Shown: positions 41,374 to 50,752 of the stretch, in pieces
Layout: every line of letters starts with the position of its first letter
Numbering within the stretch: the first letter of the stretch is position 1
Assembly (NCBI GenBank): GCA_034530875.2
Contig: JAVRCJ020000008.1
Span: forward strand, 64,001 to 128,000
Length of the DNA: 64,000 nt
Reading direction: 5' to 3'
Origin: Nostoc sp. DedSLP01
GTDB taxonomy: Bacteria; Cyanobacteriota; Cyanobacteriia; Cyanobacteriales; Nostocaceae
The notes under the pieces: generated by a model
The model's input: the letters and a program-made list of their open reading frames with translations, nothing else
What the model was told of the DNA's origin: nothing
Database searches by the model: none
Made by a program: the position numbers and the translations under genes

Positions 41374-42444
41374 ATGAGACAACAGCTTGTATTTCCCAGG
41401 CAAAAGGCAGATGTAACTGCGATTTTTCGCCCCCAAGTACTTCTGTACAGCTTTTTAGTATTTACTTTTCTGCTGACTCCCATAGCGGCTGGTGCAGTTG
41501 ATATTACGCAACAACTCCACCGTCCTTTAAATAGTTCCGTTGGGCGAGAATCAAGAGATGAAGCAGACAGTTTGCTGCGTATTGGCGAACAACAATATGC
41601 TTCAGGATATGCCAACAAAACAGTCGCCTCTTGCTTGCGGGCGCTAGAACTATATCGCTTAAGTGGCGACCTGAAAGCCCAAGGTTTAGCTTATAATTTG
41701 CTGGCTAAGGCTTATATTCAGCTAGAAAGTTCAAAAGAAGCAGAAGATGCTTTACGACGAGCATTAGCGATCGCTCGCGATACTAAAGATTTTCAATCTC
41801 AAATTTTTGTCCTGAATAATATTACGACATTTCTGCTGCAAGAAGGAGAATTTCCTGCTGCTGGTAAAACTGTTGAAGAGGCACTGACAATTGCTCAAGA
41901 TGTCAAAAATATTGAAGGTCAAGGGCTATCTCTGAGCAATTTGGGATTAGTTACAGCGCGGTTGGGAGATTACAATAAGGCAATTAAATTATATGAAAAT
42001 GCTTTAATCTTTCGGCGTCAAACTGGTGATGTCATAGGTGAGGCTAATACTTTAAATAATTTAGGTGATGCTTATTTAGCATCGGGAAATTATCAAGATA
42101 CTATTGGTACTTACGGTGCAGCAATGCAGATTGCGAAAATTAATCGCGATCGCACTAACGAATTACGAGCAATTGATGGTTTAGTGAAAGCTCATAGCGC
42201 TGTCGGTCGCCACGAACGCGCTTTTGAGTTATTACAGGAGCGATTAATACTCGCCCAAGAATTACAAAATGCCCAAGAAGAATTAAAATCTTTTGAATCC
42301 TACGCTCAATTATACGAGCAGTTGGGTAATTACCCAACTGCTCGGAATTTTTATGAAAGAGCGATTATCTTGGCACGAAGATTGCAAGATAGCAAACAAG
42401 AATTGTTATTGCTCGATAAACTAACAAAAATGCTCAAGCGGTAA
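41374..42444 (+). CDS. TPR-repeat protein, probably exported
   Basis: GEANTLNNLG-type repeats; hydrophobic leader. Confidence 0.88.
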   Translation: MRQQLVFPRQKADVTAIFRPQVLLYSFLVFTFLLTPIAAGAVDITQQLHRPLNSSVGRESRDEADSLLRIGEQQYASGYANKTVASCLRALELYRLSGDLKAQGLAYNLLAKAYIQLESSKEAEDALRRALAIARDTKDFQSQIFVLNNITTFLLQEGEFPAAGKTVEEALTIAQDVKNIEGQGLSLSNLGLVTARLGDYNKAIKLYENALIFRRQTGDVIGEANTLNNLGDAYLASGNYQDTIGTYGAAMQIAKINRDRTNELRAIDGLVKAHSAVGRHERAFELLQERLILAQELQNAQEELKSFESYAQLYEQLGNYPTARNFYERAIILARRLQDSKQELLLLDKLTKMLKR

Positions 42445-42550
42445 TAAAAGTTAGGAGTTCGGAGTTAATCTTAATTCGGGTAAGTTAGACTTTAGTCTCA
42501 CACCCCACCATATAACTAACTCTTCACTCCTCACTTTTAATGTAGATTTT

Positions 42551-43420
42551 TTAATTCAAGAATACTGAACCGTTTCGCTCAATTCTTAAAGCACTTCTCC
42601 CTTGTGCTGCATCAGCAGTTTCGTTAAATCTAACTTCTAAGTTTGCTGCTTGTGATGAGGTTTGTGCTTGTGATGAAGTTTGTGGAGTTGCTAACAGTTG
42701 TCCCCCGTCTCCTCGTTGGAATGTCACCGTTACTGGTACGGTTAGCCCTCGGAGTGTGACATCAGATTTACCGCGTAACAATCGGGGTGCGGTATCACCG
42801 ATGACTTGGTAAGTTACATCAGCCGCAGTGTCATTTACCAGTCTGATATTAACTGCATTATTTGTAATTGCGATCGTAGCACTAGGGGTTTGTCGTGGCT
42901 CTTGTGGAGTGCTAGAAGTATCTGGGGTAACCGATCCTGGAGTTCCTGGTATCGCATTTGGTTCTGATGATGTCGAAGGCTGCGAAGTATTTCCAGAACG
43001 ATTATAGGGCGGTTCATTCCGAATACTAGGATTGGGATTAACTGCTGGAGAAGTGTTTTGTGCAGGTGCTTCACCGCCTACACCCAATCTGATTTGTTCT
43101 TGTGATGGATTTGCCTGGTTTTGTGATGTAGTCGTAGGGACAGGAAGAAGCCCTTGTGCTGCTAGCCTTTGGGTTAGTGCATTCGGAGGGCATCCTTCTG
43201 GGACAACAACACGAGAGTTATGTGGTTCTTCGTAGAAAATACGAGGACAAGGGTTAACCTGGGGAGTAGAACGGTTAACTTGAGAAGTAGAAGGGTTAAC
43301 TTGGGAAGGATATTGTTGTGCTAGTGATTGGGGAATTGCTGGTAGGGTAATTAGTAGCCCTCCGCATATAGCGCCCAAGAATTCAGCAGATTTGCGAAAA
43401 ATTTGAGAATTATTAACCAT
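42551..43420 (-). CDS. secreted Pro/Gln-rich hypothetical protein
   Basis: Signal peptide; NPCPRIFYEEPHN...GCPPN motif; beta-rich C-terminal domain. Confidence 0.8.
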   Translation of the reverse strand: MVNNSQIFRKSAEFLGAICGGLLITLPAIPQSLAQQYPSQVNPSTSQVNRSTPQVNPCPRIFYEEPHNSRVVVPEGCPPNALTQRLAAQGLLPVPTTTSQNQANPSQEQIRLGVGGEAPAQNTSPAVNPNPSIRNEPPYNRSGNTSQPSTSSEPNAIPGTPGSVTPDTSSTPQEPRQTPSATIAITNNAVNIRLVNDTAADVTYQVIGDTAPRLLRGKSDVTLRGLTVPVTVTFQRGDGGQLLATPQTSSQAQTSSQAANLEVRFNETADAAQGRSALRIERNGSVFLN

Positions 43421-43907
43421 TACTAACTCCTTGAAAAAATTTAGGTTATCTTAAGGTTCAAAAATTTTCTTTCAAATAAATGCAAGAATTCAGAATTTCT
43501 AAGGATTTTACTAAGATTAGTAGATTTATATGGTGTGTAAGTCTAGTTAATGATAAGTGTTCTAGAAATTCTAAATTCTTAATCGTATTTTTAAATTACC
43601 AATGATTTTTATCTTTTATATCTAACTATAGAATTGAAAATTAAATATATTTATAGATCGTATTTACTTCTGAAGACAGAAAAACTTAATCGTCGAGGAA
43701 GTTTACAGCGTTTTTATTTTTTTGTTTTATTCTCTAAAATATTATTAGTAAAAAAGCCGAACGTTTACATCTACCACAAGAAAGAATATAGGGCTTCTAT
43801 TGATTGGAAGAAAAAACTCGCCCCCGACTCGAAAAGCCTGATTCACTACTCTCTAACGAAAGCAAATAAGTTCAATTCAAGCGAGTTACTATAGTTCAAT
43901 TAAGAAT

Positions 43908-45416
43908 TTAAGACTCAAGAGTTATTGGTAAAGTGACGGTGAAGGTGGTACCGATGCCTTGGGTGCTTTCAACTTGAATATGACCCTGGTGATGTTCGAC
44001 AATAGCAGCAGCGATCGCTAATCCTAATCCCGAACCAGTAACGCTGGCTGTAGCTTTATTTCCACTGCTATGAGTGCGTGCGGGGTCTACCCGATAAAAG
44101 CGGTCAAACAAGCGGGGTATCGCCTCTGGTGGAATTCCTACTCCAGTATCGCTGACTTTAACTTGCAGCTGGCTGCCGATGTAACGTCGTCCAGAAACGC
44201 GATTTATTCCCTCTATCCGCGCCAATTCCACTTTTACCCGTCCACCTGCTGGTGTGTAATGCAAGCCATTGGCAATCAAATTTGTGAACAGTCGCACTAA
44301 TTGATCCCAATTGCCCACAAGGGTAAACCAATTTTCTAGTAATTCCGGGCTAGTTTCCGAGATGTCAGGATCGATTAAATCTAAAGTCAAGGCAATTTTT
44401 TTTTCCGGAAATAATAGCTGTTGTTCTTCAAGAACTTCCATCAGCAAAGCATCCAACGGACAAGGCGCAAAGACATCTTTGCTGATACCACTATCTTGTC
44501 TTGCAAGGAAGAGTAAATCGTTAACTAACCTACCTAAACGCTGCGTTAACCGTTCCACCATCTTTAACTGTTGCCGATATTGCACGGAAGCAGTAGTTTG
44601 TGCCTCTGCTAATTCCAAATCAGCAAGGGCAACTTGCACATTAGTTTGAATTAAAGTAATGGGACTTCTCAGTTCGTGAGAAGCATCAGCAGTAAATTGT
44701 TTGAGACGTTGATAAGACTCATCCACTGGTTCCATAGCTTTACCTGAAAGAAACCAACCACTTGCAGCCACAGAAACCAACATTAACCAAATACCTAGCG
44801 CCAAATCAAAAATAAATTCACGACTCGGTTTAGTGACTTCAAACCAAGGATGGCTAACGCGCAGATATCCTAATACTTGCCGTCCTACTTCCACTCGTTC
44901 TGTGACTTGTCGTAATAAAAGTGGCGAGTGCTGAGTGCTGTTAGCAGTAACGGCACGTTTAGCGTGTGGTGAGTCAGGAGTAAGAAGTTTCTTATCTCCC
45001 CATCTCCCCTTTTCTTCTTTGACTACACGCACAGTTTCACCAGTGCGGTTGGCATGAATGGGAATATTTAGAGGTTCGGATAGCGTTGACCAAATTAATT
45101 CGCCAGTGGGACTAAACCATTCGAGGTCGATGTGGTCATCTTCTACGCTGTCGGCATTATCAGGAAAGCTTGCTTCTACATTAATACGAAATTTATCAGC
45201 ATCAGAATTGACTGGTTCAAGTATGAGGGTAGACGCACAGGGACTTGTTGTTAAACATCGCTCTACTATTTCCACTACATGATTAAGGGTATCGTCTATT
45301 CGCTCAATCAGCGTACTACGCACATATAAGTAGACACCGCTAGCAAACAGTAATAGTAATACAGCAGTTACGGCAGTGTACCAAATTGCTAGACGACGGC
45401 GAGTAGCTTGAAACAT
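43908..45416 (-). CDS. membrane sensor histidine kinase (RppB-like)
   Basis: FTADASHELRSP, NLIAN, DTGVGI, FDRFYR and GSGLGL; two TMs. Confidence 0.93.
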   Translation of the reverse strand: MFQATRRRLAIWYTAVTAVLLLLFASGVYLYVRSTLIERIDDTLNHVVEIVERCLTTSPCASTLILEPVNSDADKFRINVEASFPDNADSVEDDHIDLEWFSPTGELIWSTLSEPLNIPIHANRTGETVRVVKEEKGRWGDKKLLTPDSPHAKRAVTANSTQHSPLLLRQVTERVEVGRQVLGYLRVSHPWFEVTKPSREFIFDLALGIWLMLVSVAASGWFLSGKAMEPVDESYQRLKQFTADASHELRSPITLIQTNVQVALADLELAEAQTTASVQYRQQLKMVERLTQRLGRLVNDLLFLARQDSGISKDVFAPCPLDALLMEVLEEQQLLFPEKKIALTLDLIDPDISETSPELLENWFTLVGNWDQLVRLFTNLIANGLHYTPAGGRVKVELARIEGINRVSGRRYIGSQLQVKVSDTGVGIPPEAIPRLFDRFYRVDPARTHSSGNKATASVTGSGLGLAIAAAIVEHHQGHIQVESTQGIGTTFTVTLPITLES

Positions 45417-45740
45417 TTTTTGACTCCATTTTTTTTAACTGATTATTTTCAAATTACGTATTTATACGGCTAAAAAATAGCTAAATTTTTGAGTTTTGGT
45501 GATTTTGCTGAGGTTGAACGTTTTACTCAAGAATTACACTCTTGTTGCGGTAAATCTGCTTAATACTATTTTATTCTTTACAGCTAGTATAAAAAATTCA
45601 ATTTCTTAAGCAACCTATATCGAGATTTACCGAAACTATTTTTGAATGCATCTACAACAAATAGAAAAACCGAATTTTAAATGATGAACTATCTCAAAAA
45701 TTAACCAATTTCCAATAGCTTAAATTCCCAAAACATTATT

Positions 45741-48653
45741 GTGAATATTTTGAAAATTTCCATTCAGACTATTATTGGTATCTCCCTAATGAGATTCAAA
45801 ATCAATGCAAAAATTATTGGAATTTGTTTATTATATTCAGCAATTATCTCTAAAGCTATATTAATTCAACTATCTGCGATCGCTGTAGATGTAAAAAGTC
45901 AACATAGTCTTGATTTAAAAAGTAGTAATTATCAAAAAATAGATAATTTTCAAAGTAAAGTACTTTTAAGACAAACCTTAAAAAATGCCAAATATAGCTC
46001 TGAAAATCCAAAACCTTTACCCAGATTTACCATAGCTGACGTCATCCCAATTGAAGAGTATAAAGTACAACCTCCTAAACCAGATGATGCAGAACAGCAA
46101 GAAACTCAACCAGATAAAACTCAACCCAATACATCAACACAACAAATACTTATACAAAAATTACGTCGTTCCAAAAATCAACAACAAGCACAAAAACAAA
46201 TAATTCTAGATGCCTTAACATTTAGCGCTAATAGATATCCTTGGATTGTTAACCCTACAGATAATCTTACTTTTCAAAATCAATTATTTAAACCAAATTT
46301 TGAAGAAGATTATATAGATACAAATTTAGATATAAAATTTTCTGGCGAAAGTCAGATTATTGATAAATTTACTTATGCTAAATTTCCTAAATCTGACCAG
46401 TTTTATTGGGTACTTGACAATAATAGGATAGTAGTTGAAACCAGAGGCTCCCAGGCAGGGATCATTTATCAAGGAAGAGACACTAATACTTTTATCACCC
46501 AAAATGTTACCTCACAACAGGCATTTTGGGGATTACAATCTCTGTTTGCTATACCTACAGATTTTCAAAATTTAACTGGTGAAGTTGCTACTGATGATAA
46601 TTTTTCTATAATTTCAATAGCAGGACAATTAATAAATCCTGAAGGCATACCTGCTGGCAGAGTTATTATTAATAGTGGGGTTGACAAAAACAACCCTAAT
46701 GTCACAATTCTCAAAAATCCTACTCCGATTATTGGTAGCGGCTCAACTTTAAGCGTTGAGGGCGGGCAAGCTTTATTTCAATTGTTAGATACTACCAATG
46801 CTCCCAAGATTCTGCAAAGCTTTCCCACAACAAACATGCAACCTCTGCTAGATGATGGAAACGTCAGACTTCAAGAGGGCGAAATTATTCCTAAAAGTGC
46901 CTTAGAAGCTACTGGAATCTTTTGGGGAAATATATTAACCGGAGAAGGTTTTGGTTTTACTGCTCCTGTCACTTCCTTTCCAGGTATCAAGGTCGCTCAA
47001 CTGAGGAAATTTGATAACTATGATTTGTTAAATGTAGCAGTCAATCCTTTTCTTTCTCAACCTGAAAAAGACTTTCATTATCTTAATTCTTTAATGTGGG
47101 TATCTTTAGGAAGAAGAGATCCTGAATTTAAAACACTATCTCAAACTCAAGATAGCTCTGATTGGCACAGACTCTATGCTAGCCGTCCTCATAACCGCAC
47201 CTTAATCCAATACGACCCAGTAGATATTAAGGCTACTTACTCTAACATTTTTTCTGCCCCAGGCATATCTCTAACTACTAATTTTAGCGATCTTAGTATT
47301 GATTCTATTCAATCAGTGAATTCTACATTAGGTTTGCTATTGGGCGGAGTTTTTGAAGCTATTAAAGTTAAGAATATTCAAAACGGTTTAGAAGAAGCTA
47401 GAGAAAAATTTAAGAATGGAGAAGGTTTTACACCTTTAAATACACCTGCTACAGCTGTTCAAAGGAGACAAATTAATAATAGACTGAATCGCACTTTAGC
47501 TTATGGTAATTCAGGCAGCGGACTCGAGCAAGTATCTGGAACTTATACACTTCCCAGTAAAATTACTCCTAACAAGTCGAGTATCTTGCAAGTAAGAACC
47601 GGAAATCACAAGCGAGCAGTTCAGTTTCTGGAAAGAAGTATTTCTATCTTAGATGAAGGTGATACATTCTTTTCTGACCTCAGACTCTCTAATGAAAGGT
47701 TTGGCCCTCTCACTTTTATCGGTATCCCAATTCCATTAAATAAGACTTCTATCGATCCTATCAATACTATCAATGAATCTTCTGCTGTAGAAGTAATTTT
47801 GACAAATTCCCAAGGTCAACAATTTGTACAACAATATAGTTCAGCCGATAATACGATAGTACCGCTGCAAGTCCGGTCATTTGATATAGCGTTCGATTAC
47901 ATGGAACTCACCAGAGTTGATAAAATTGGTATTAATTTTAATAGCTTTAATGGTTATCTATCTTTACCAACAGTCGAATTGTTAGCAGCAGGTTCTTCTG
48001 GCGATTTTAACTATACTGCCAATTTGGGAATGTGGTTTAATGTAGATGCTAATTCAGCACCAGGTGTTAATAATAATAATTTAGGAATAGAAGAACCAAC
48101 TTTAGGAATTTATACTAATATTCTGCTCAATTATATTAAAAATGATGTCCGCCTAGATTCTAATAAAAAACCTGTCGCTGTTAATACTCATATACCATAC
48201 TTGAGAATTGACTGGAACAGTGCTTCTAATAAAAATAATCCTTTTTCGACTTTTTTAAGTTATTTCTTTCAACATCAAGAAAGAAATTTTGGTTTCTCCT
48301 TAGCTCCTGGTATCGCTTATATTGAAGGTAATAGCAATGGTGAATTTTTAGGTCTTGTGAATGGAGAGTTTGGTACTAGCCTTGGTTTAAATTTAAAGGG
48401 AAATCTAGAGATTGGCAAAAACTTATTTTTTGAATTTCAGGGGTTGCAAAGAATCAGTAAAAGAATTTCTCTTGGTGCTTATTTAAGAAATTATGCTATA
48501 AATAATGTCGGTTTAAGCAGCCGAGTTTCTGGCTTAAATTATGGATTAATTTTTAGACACACTTTCCCTGACAATGGTGTGTTTATAGAAAGCCAAATTG
48601 GTACGGGTGAAAATGGATTTGACCTTAAATTTCAAGGTGGGTATCGATTTTAA
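45741..48653 (+). CDS. large exported hypothetical protein with a probable C-terminal outer-membrane beta-barrel (start possibly ATG 45789)
   Basis: Signal-like N-terminus, Q/P-rich linker, amphipathic strands ending FDLKFQGGYRF. Confidence 0.75.
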   Translation: MNILKISIQTIIGISLMRFKINAKIIGICLLYSAIISKAILIQLSAIAVDVKSQHSLDLKSSNYQKIDNFQSKVLLRQTLKNAKYSSENPKPLPRFTIADVIPIEEYKVQPPKPDDAEQQETQPDKTQPNTSTQQILIQKLRRSKNQQQAQKQIILDALTFSANRYPWIVNPTDNLTFQNQLFKPNFEEDYIDTNLDIKFSGESQIIDKFTYAKFPKSDQFYWVLDNNRIVVETRGSQAGIIYQGRDTNTFITQNVTSQQAFWGLQSLFAIPTDFQNLTGEVATDDNFSIISIAGQLINPEGIPAGRVIINSGVDKNNPNVTILKNPTPIIGSGSTLSVEGGQALFQLLDTTNAPKILQSFPTTNMQPLLDDGNVRLQEGEIIPKSALEATGIFWGNILTGEGFGFTAPVTSFPGIKVAQLRKFDNYDLLNVAVNPFLSQPEKDFHYLNSLMWVSLGRRDPEFKTLSQTQDSSDWHRLYASRPHNRTLIQYDPVDIKATYSNIFSAPGISLTTNFSDLSIDSIQSVNSTLGLLLGGVFEAIKVKNIQNGLEEAREKFKNGEGFTPLNTPATAVQRRQINNRLNRTLAYGNSGSGLEQVSGTYTLPSKITPNKSSILQVRTGNHKRAVQFLERSISILDEGDTFFSDLRLSNERFGPLTFIGIPIPLNKTSIDPINTINESSAVEVILTNSQGQQFVQQYSSADNTIVPLQVRSFDIAFDYMELTRVDKIGINFNSFNGYLSLPTVELLAAGSSGDFNYTANLGMWFNVDANSAPGVNNNNLGIEEPTLGIYTNILLNYIKNDVRLDSNKKPVAVNTHIPYLRIDWNSASNKNNPFSTFLSYFFQHQERNFGFSLAPGIAYIEGNSNGEFLGLVNGEFGTSLGLNLKGNLEIGKNLFFEFQGLQRISKRISLGAYLRNYAINNVGLSSRVSGLNYGLIFRHTFPDNGVFIESQIGTGENGFDLKFQGGYRF

Positions 48654-48722
48654 TTCCATTGCCAAGATACCCAAGCTTTTGAAAAATTCGGGTATCTCAG
48701 CTTTTTAATTTATAAAATATAT

Positions 48723-49154
48723 CTAATCTAAAGCACCCAAGCCATTATTACCAGCACCTGCTCGAATTATACTTGTCACATCTTGAAGCGAACTAGTATT
48801 ATTTAATAAATTTGCTGCTGTATTCAGGAATGAATTTTGGCTAGAAAGTGTAGTACTCTTAACTATTCCTGGGCTGATAGTTAGACTAGTAATGGTTTCC
48901 TCATTTTGACCTGCTACTCCTCCATAGGTAGGTATAATTTTTACACCTCCTTCAAAATAAGAGCCAGAAGGTAAAGTGACCTCGCCACTAACGCTCAGAA
49001 AAGTGCCAGAAGGTCTAATCAGAGTGACAGCACCGATAACAGTAGCTTGTTGTGCGTTTGCTGGTGCTGCTAAAAAATTTGTGACATTAACTAAACTCAA
49101 TAAACAGATACTTTGATGAATAATTATAGACAATTTGTTAGATAAACTATTCAT
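48723..49154 (-). CDS. secreted hypothetical protein (paralogue 1)
   Basis: Signal peptide ending AAPANA; AGGAG RBS; tail IIRAGAGNNGLGALD. Confidence 0.85.
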   Translation of the reverse strand: MNSLSNKLSIIIHQSICLLSLVNVTNFLAAPANAQQATVIGAVTLIRPSGTFLSVSGEVTLPSGSYFEGGVKIIPTYGGVAGQNEETITSLTISPGIVKSTTLSSQNSFLNTAANLLNNTSSLQDVTSIIRAGAGNNGLGALD

Positions 49155-49717
49155 TATTTATAAACTCCTGAATCTCTGGCGCTACTTTTTACTTGACCAT
49201 GTAAAATCAACCTCAACTAATAAAAGTGGAGGTAGAATCTTTCTTTATATTTGTTTTATTGCTTTTGGCAGATAAAAATATAGAACCCTTGGTATGAAAT
49301 TTTTGTTAATAATGGACATGTTTTGGGTTCGTATTGTTACACAAGCTCTCTATTTGCCATTGGATAGGAGTTTCAGGATTTATAATTTATATTGATGTTA
49401 TTAGAGTTATGTAAACGAATGGTGAGGACGCGTATAGTAACACCGACGCTTTTATTCTATTTTCGAGGAATTAAAAGAAAAAATTTAATTTTTTATTGCA
49501 ATATCTAATACTAAATGGCAACATACAGCTGTGCTAACTTATACAAAACCCATGCTAAAAGATTCCCGACTTCTTAATAGAAAATCGGGAATCTAAGCCA
49601 CAAAATAAATATAGGGAACAGACATAGCAATGCTATTTCTCTTCCCTATCATGTATAGATTTATTCAACTGTTGTGTCAGTTAAAAGTTAGAAGTACTTC
49701 CAGGGCAAAAATTTAGT

Positions 49718-50140
49718 CTATTCTAAACCACCTAAACCATTAACGCCAGCACCAGCACGAATGATAGCTGCTTGTGCGCCAATGTCGCCAGCCGCTGCGT
49801 CTAAGGCTGCTGCTGCTGAAGTTACGAAAGGATTGCTGCTAGCAGTGAGCAAACTGGTGTTAGGTGTGCCTGGAGATATAGTTAAATCTGCTACTACTTC
49901 ATCGTCGGCTCCTGATGTGCCAGTGTATGTAGGTGTAATTTTTAGGTCGCTTTCGTAGTAGGCATTTTGGGGCACAGTTAATTCACCACTAACACTGATA
50001 GAAGCACCAGAAGCTCTAACAAGAGTTACAGCACCACGAGCTGCGGATTGACCTGCACTTGCTGGCGCAGCCAGGATATTACCAACGCTAACTAAACCTA
50101 AAAGACAAATGCTTCCTTTAACGATCGCAGAGATTTTCAT
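49718..50140 (-). CDS. secreted hypothetical protein (paralogue 2)
   Basis: Signal peptide ending AAPASA; GAGGAG RBS; tail IIRAGAGVNGLGGLE. Confidence 0.85.
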   Translation of the reverse strand: MKISAIVKGSICLLGLVSVGNILAAPASAGQSAARGAVTLVRASGASISVSGELTVPQNAYYESDLKITPTYTGTSGADDEVVADLTISPGTPNTSLLTASSNPFVTSAAAALDAAAGDIGAQAAIIRAGAGVNGLGGLE

Positions 50141-50752
50141 GATTAACAAACTCCTCGTGTTGTTTATCTTTGCGTATTCAATATAACTATTAAATTCAAG
50201 AAAAATCTCAGTGAGAATACTGGATTTTATAAAAATTTCAGCGGTAATAAATTAAAAAAATTAATCAATAAAATTGCTAGTGTGGCTTCAAGAAGAGCAT
50301 CAATATTCTAAAAGATAGAGCTATAGCAGACTTTGTACTTATTGAATATATGTATAGCGCTTGTGGTAATGCTTACAACAACTTATATTGAAAAAAACTA
50401 AATCTAAAAAAACTGCGAGTAAAGCTTTAGACTGCTTGCAACAACAAAAATCTATGTAAAATACATTTAATAATTAGCCCATAAAAATGCCCGTGTCATA
50501 TATTTGCTTAATCTTGAGTCGATTTTCATGAATAATGTGCTGTGGAGAAGGATTTGAATTCTGAGAGATAACGTTGTCGCCTAACATCGCTGTGCTATCA
50601 TACGAAACATTTAAAAGATTGCACCAATTAAAACCAGCTAGAAAACGTAGCTATAACTAACTTTTGTTTCAGGTTACGGTTAAGCACCATTTAACTTACT
50701 ATGTTTAATATCCCCAAGTTAAATGGCTATCTCTGCCTAGCATTAGCTCATT

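Noticed and set aside
43790..43889. c-di-AMP (ydaO) riboswitch
   Set aside because: Only fragments (GTGAATC, CTAAC) resemble it, and they lie on inconsistent strands and in the wrong order
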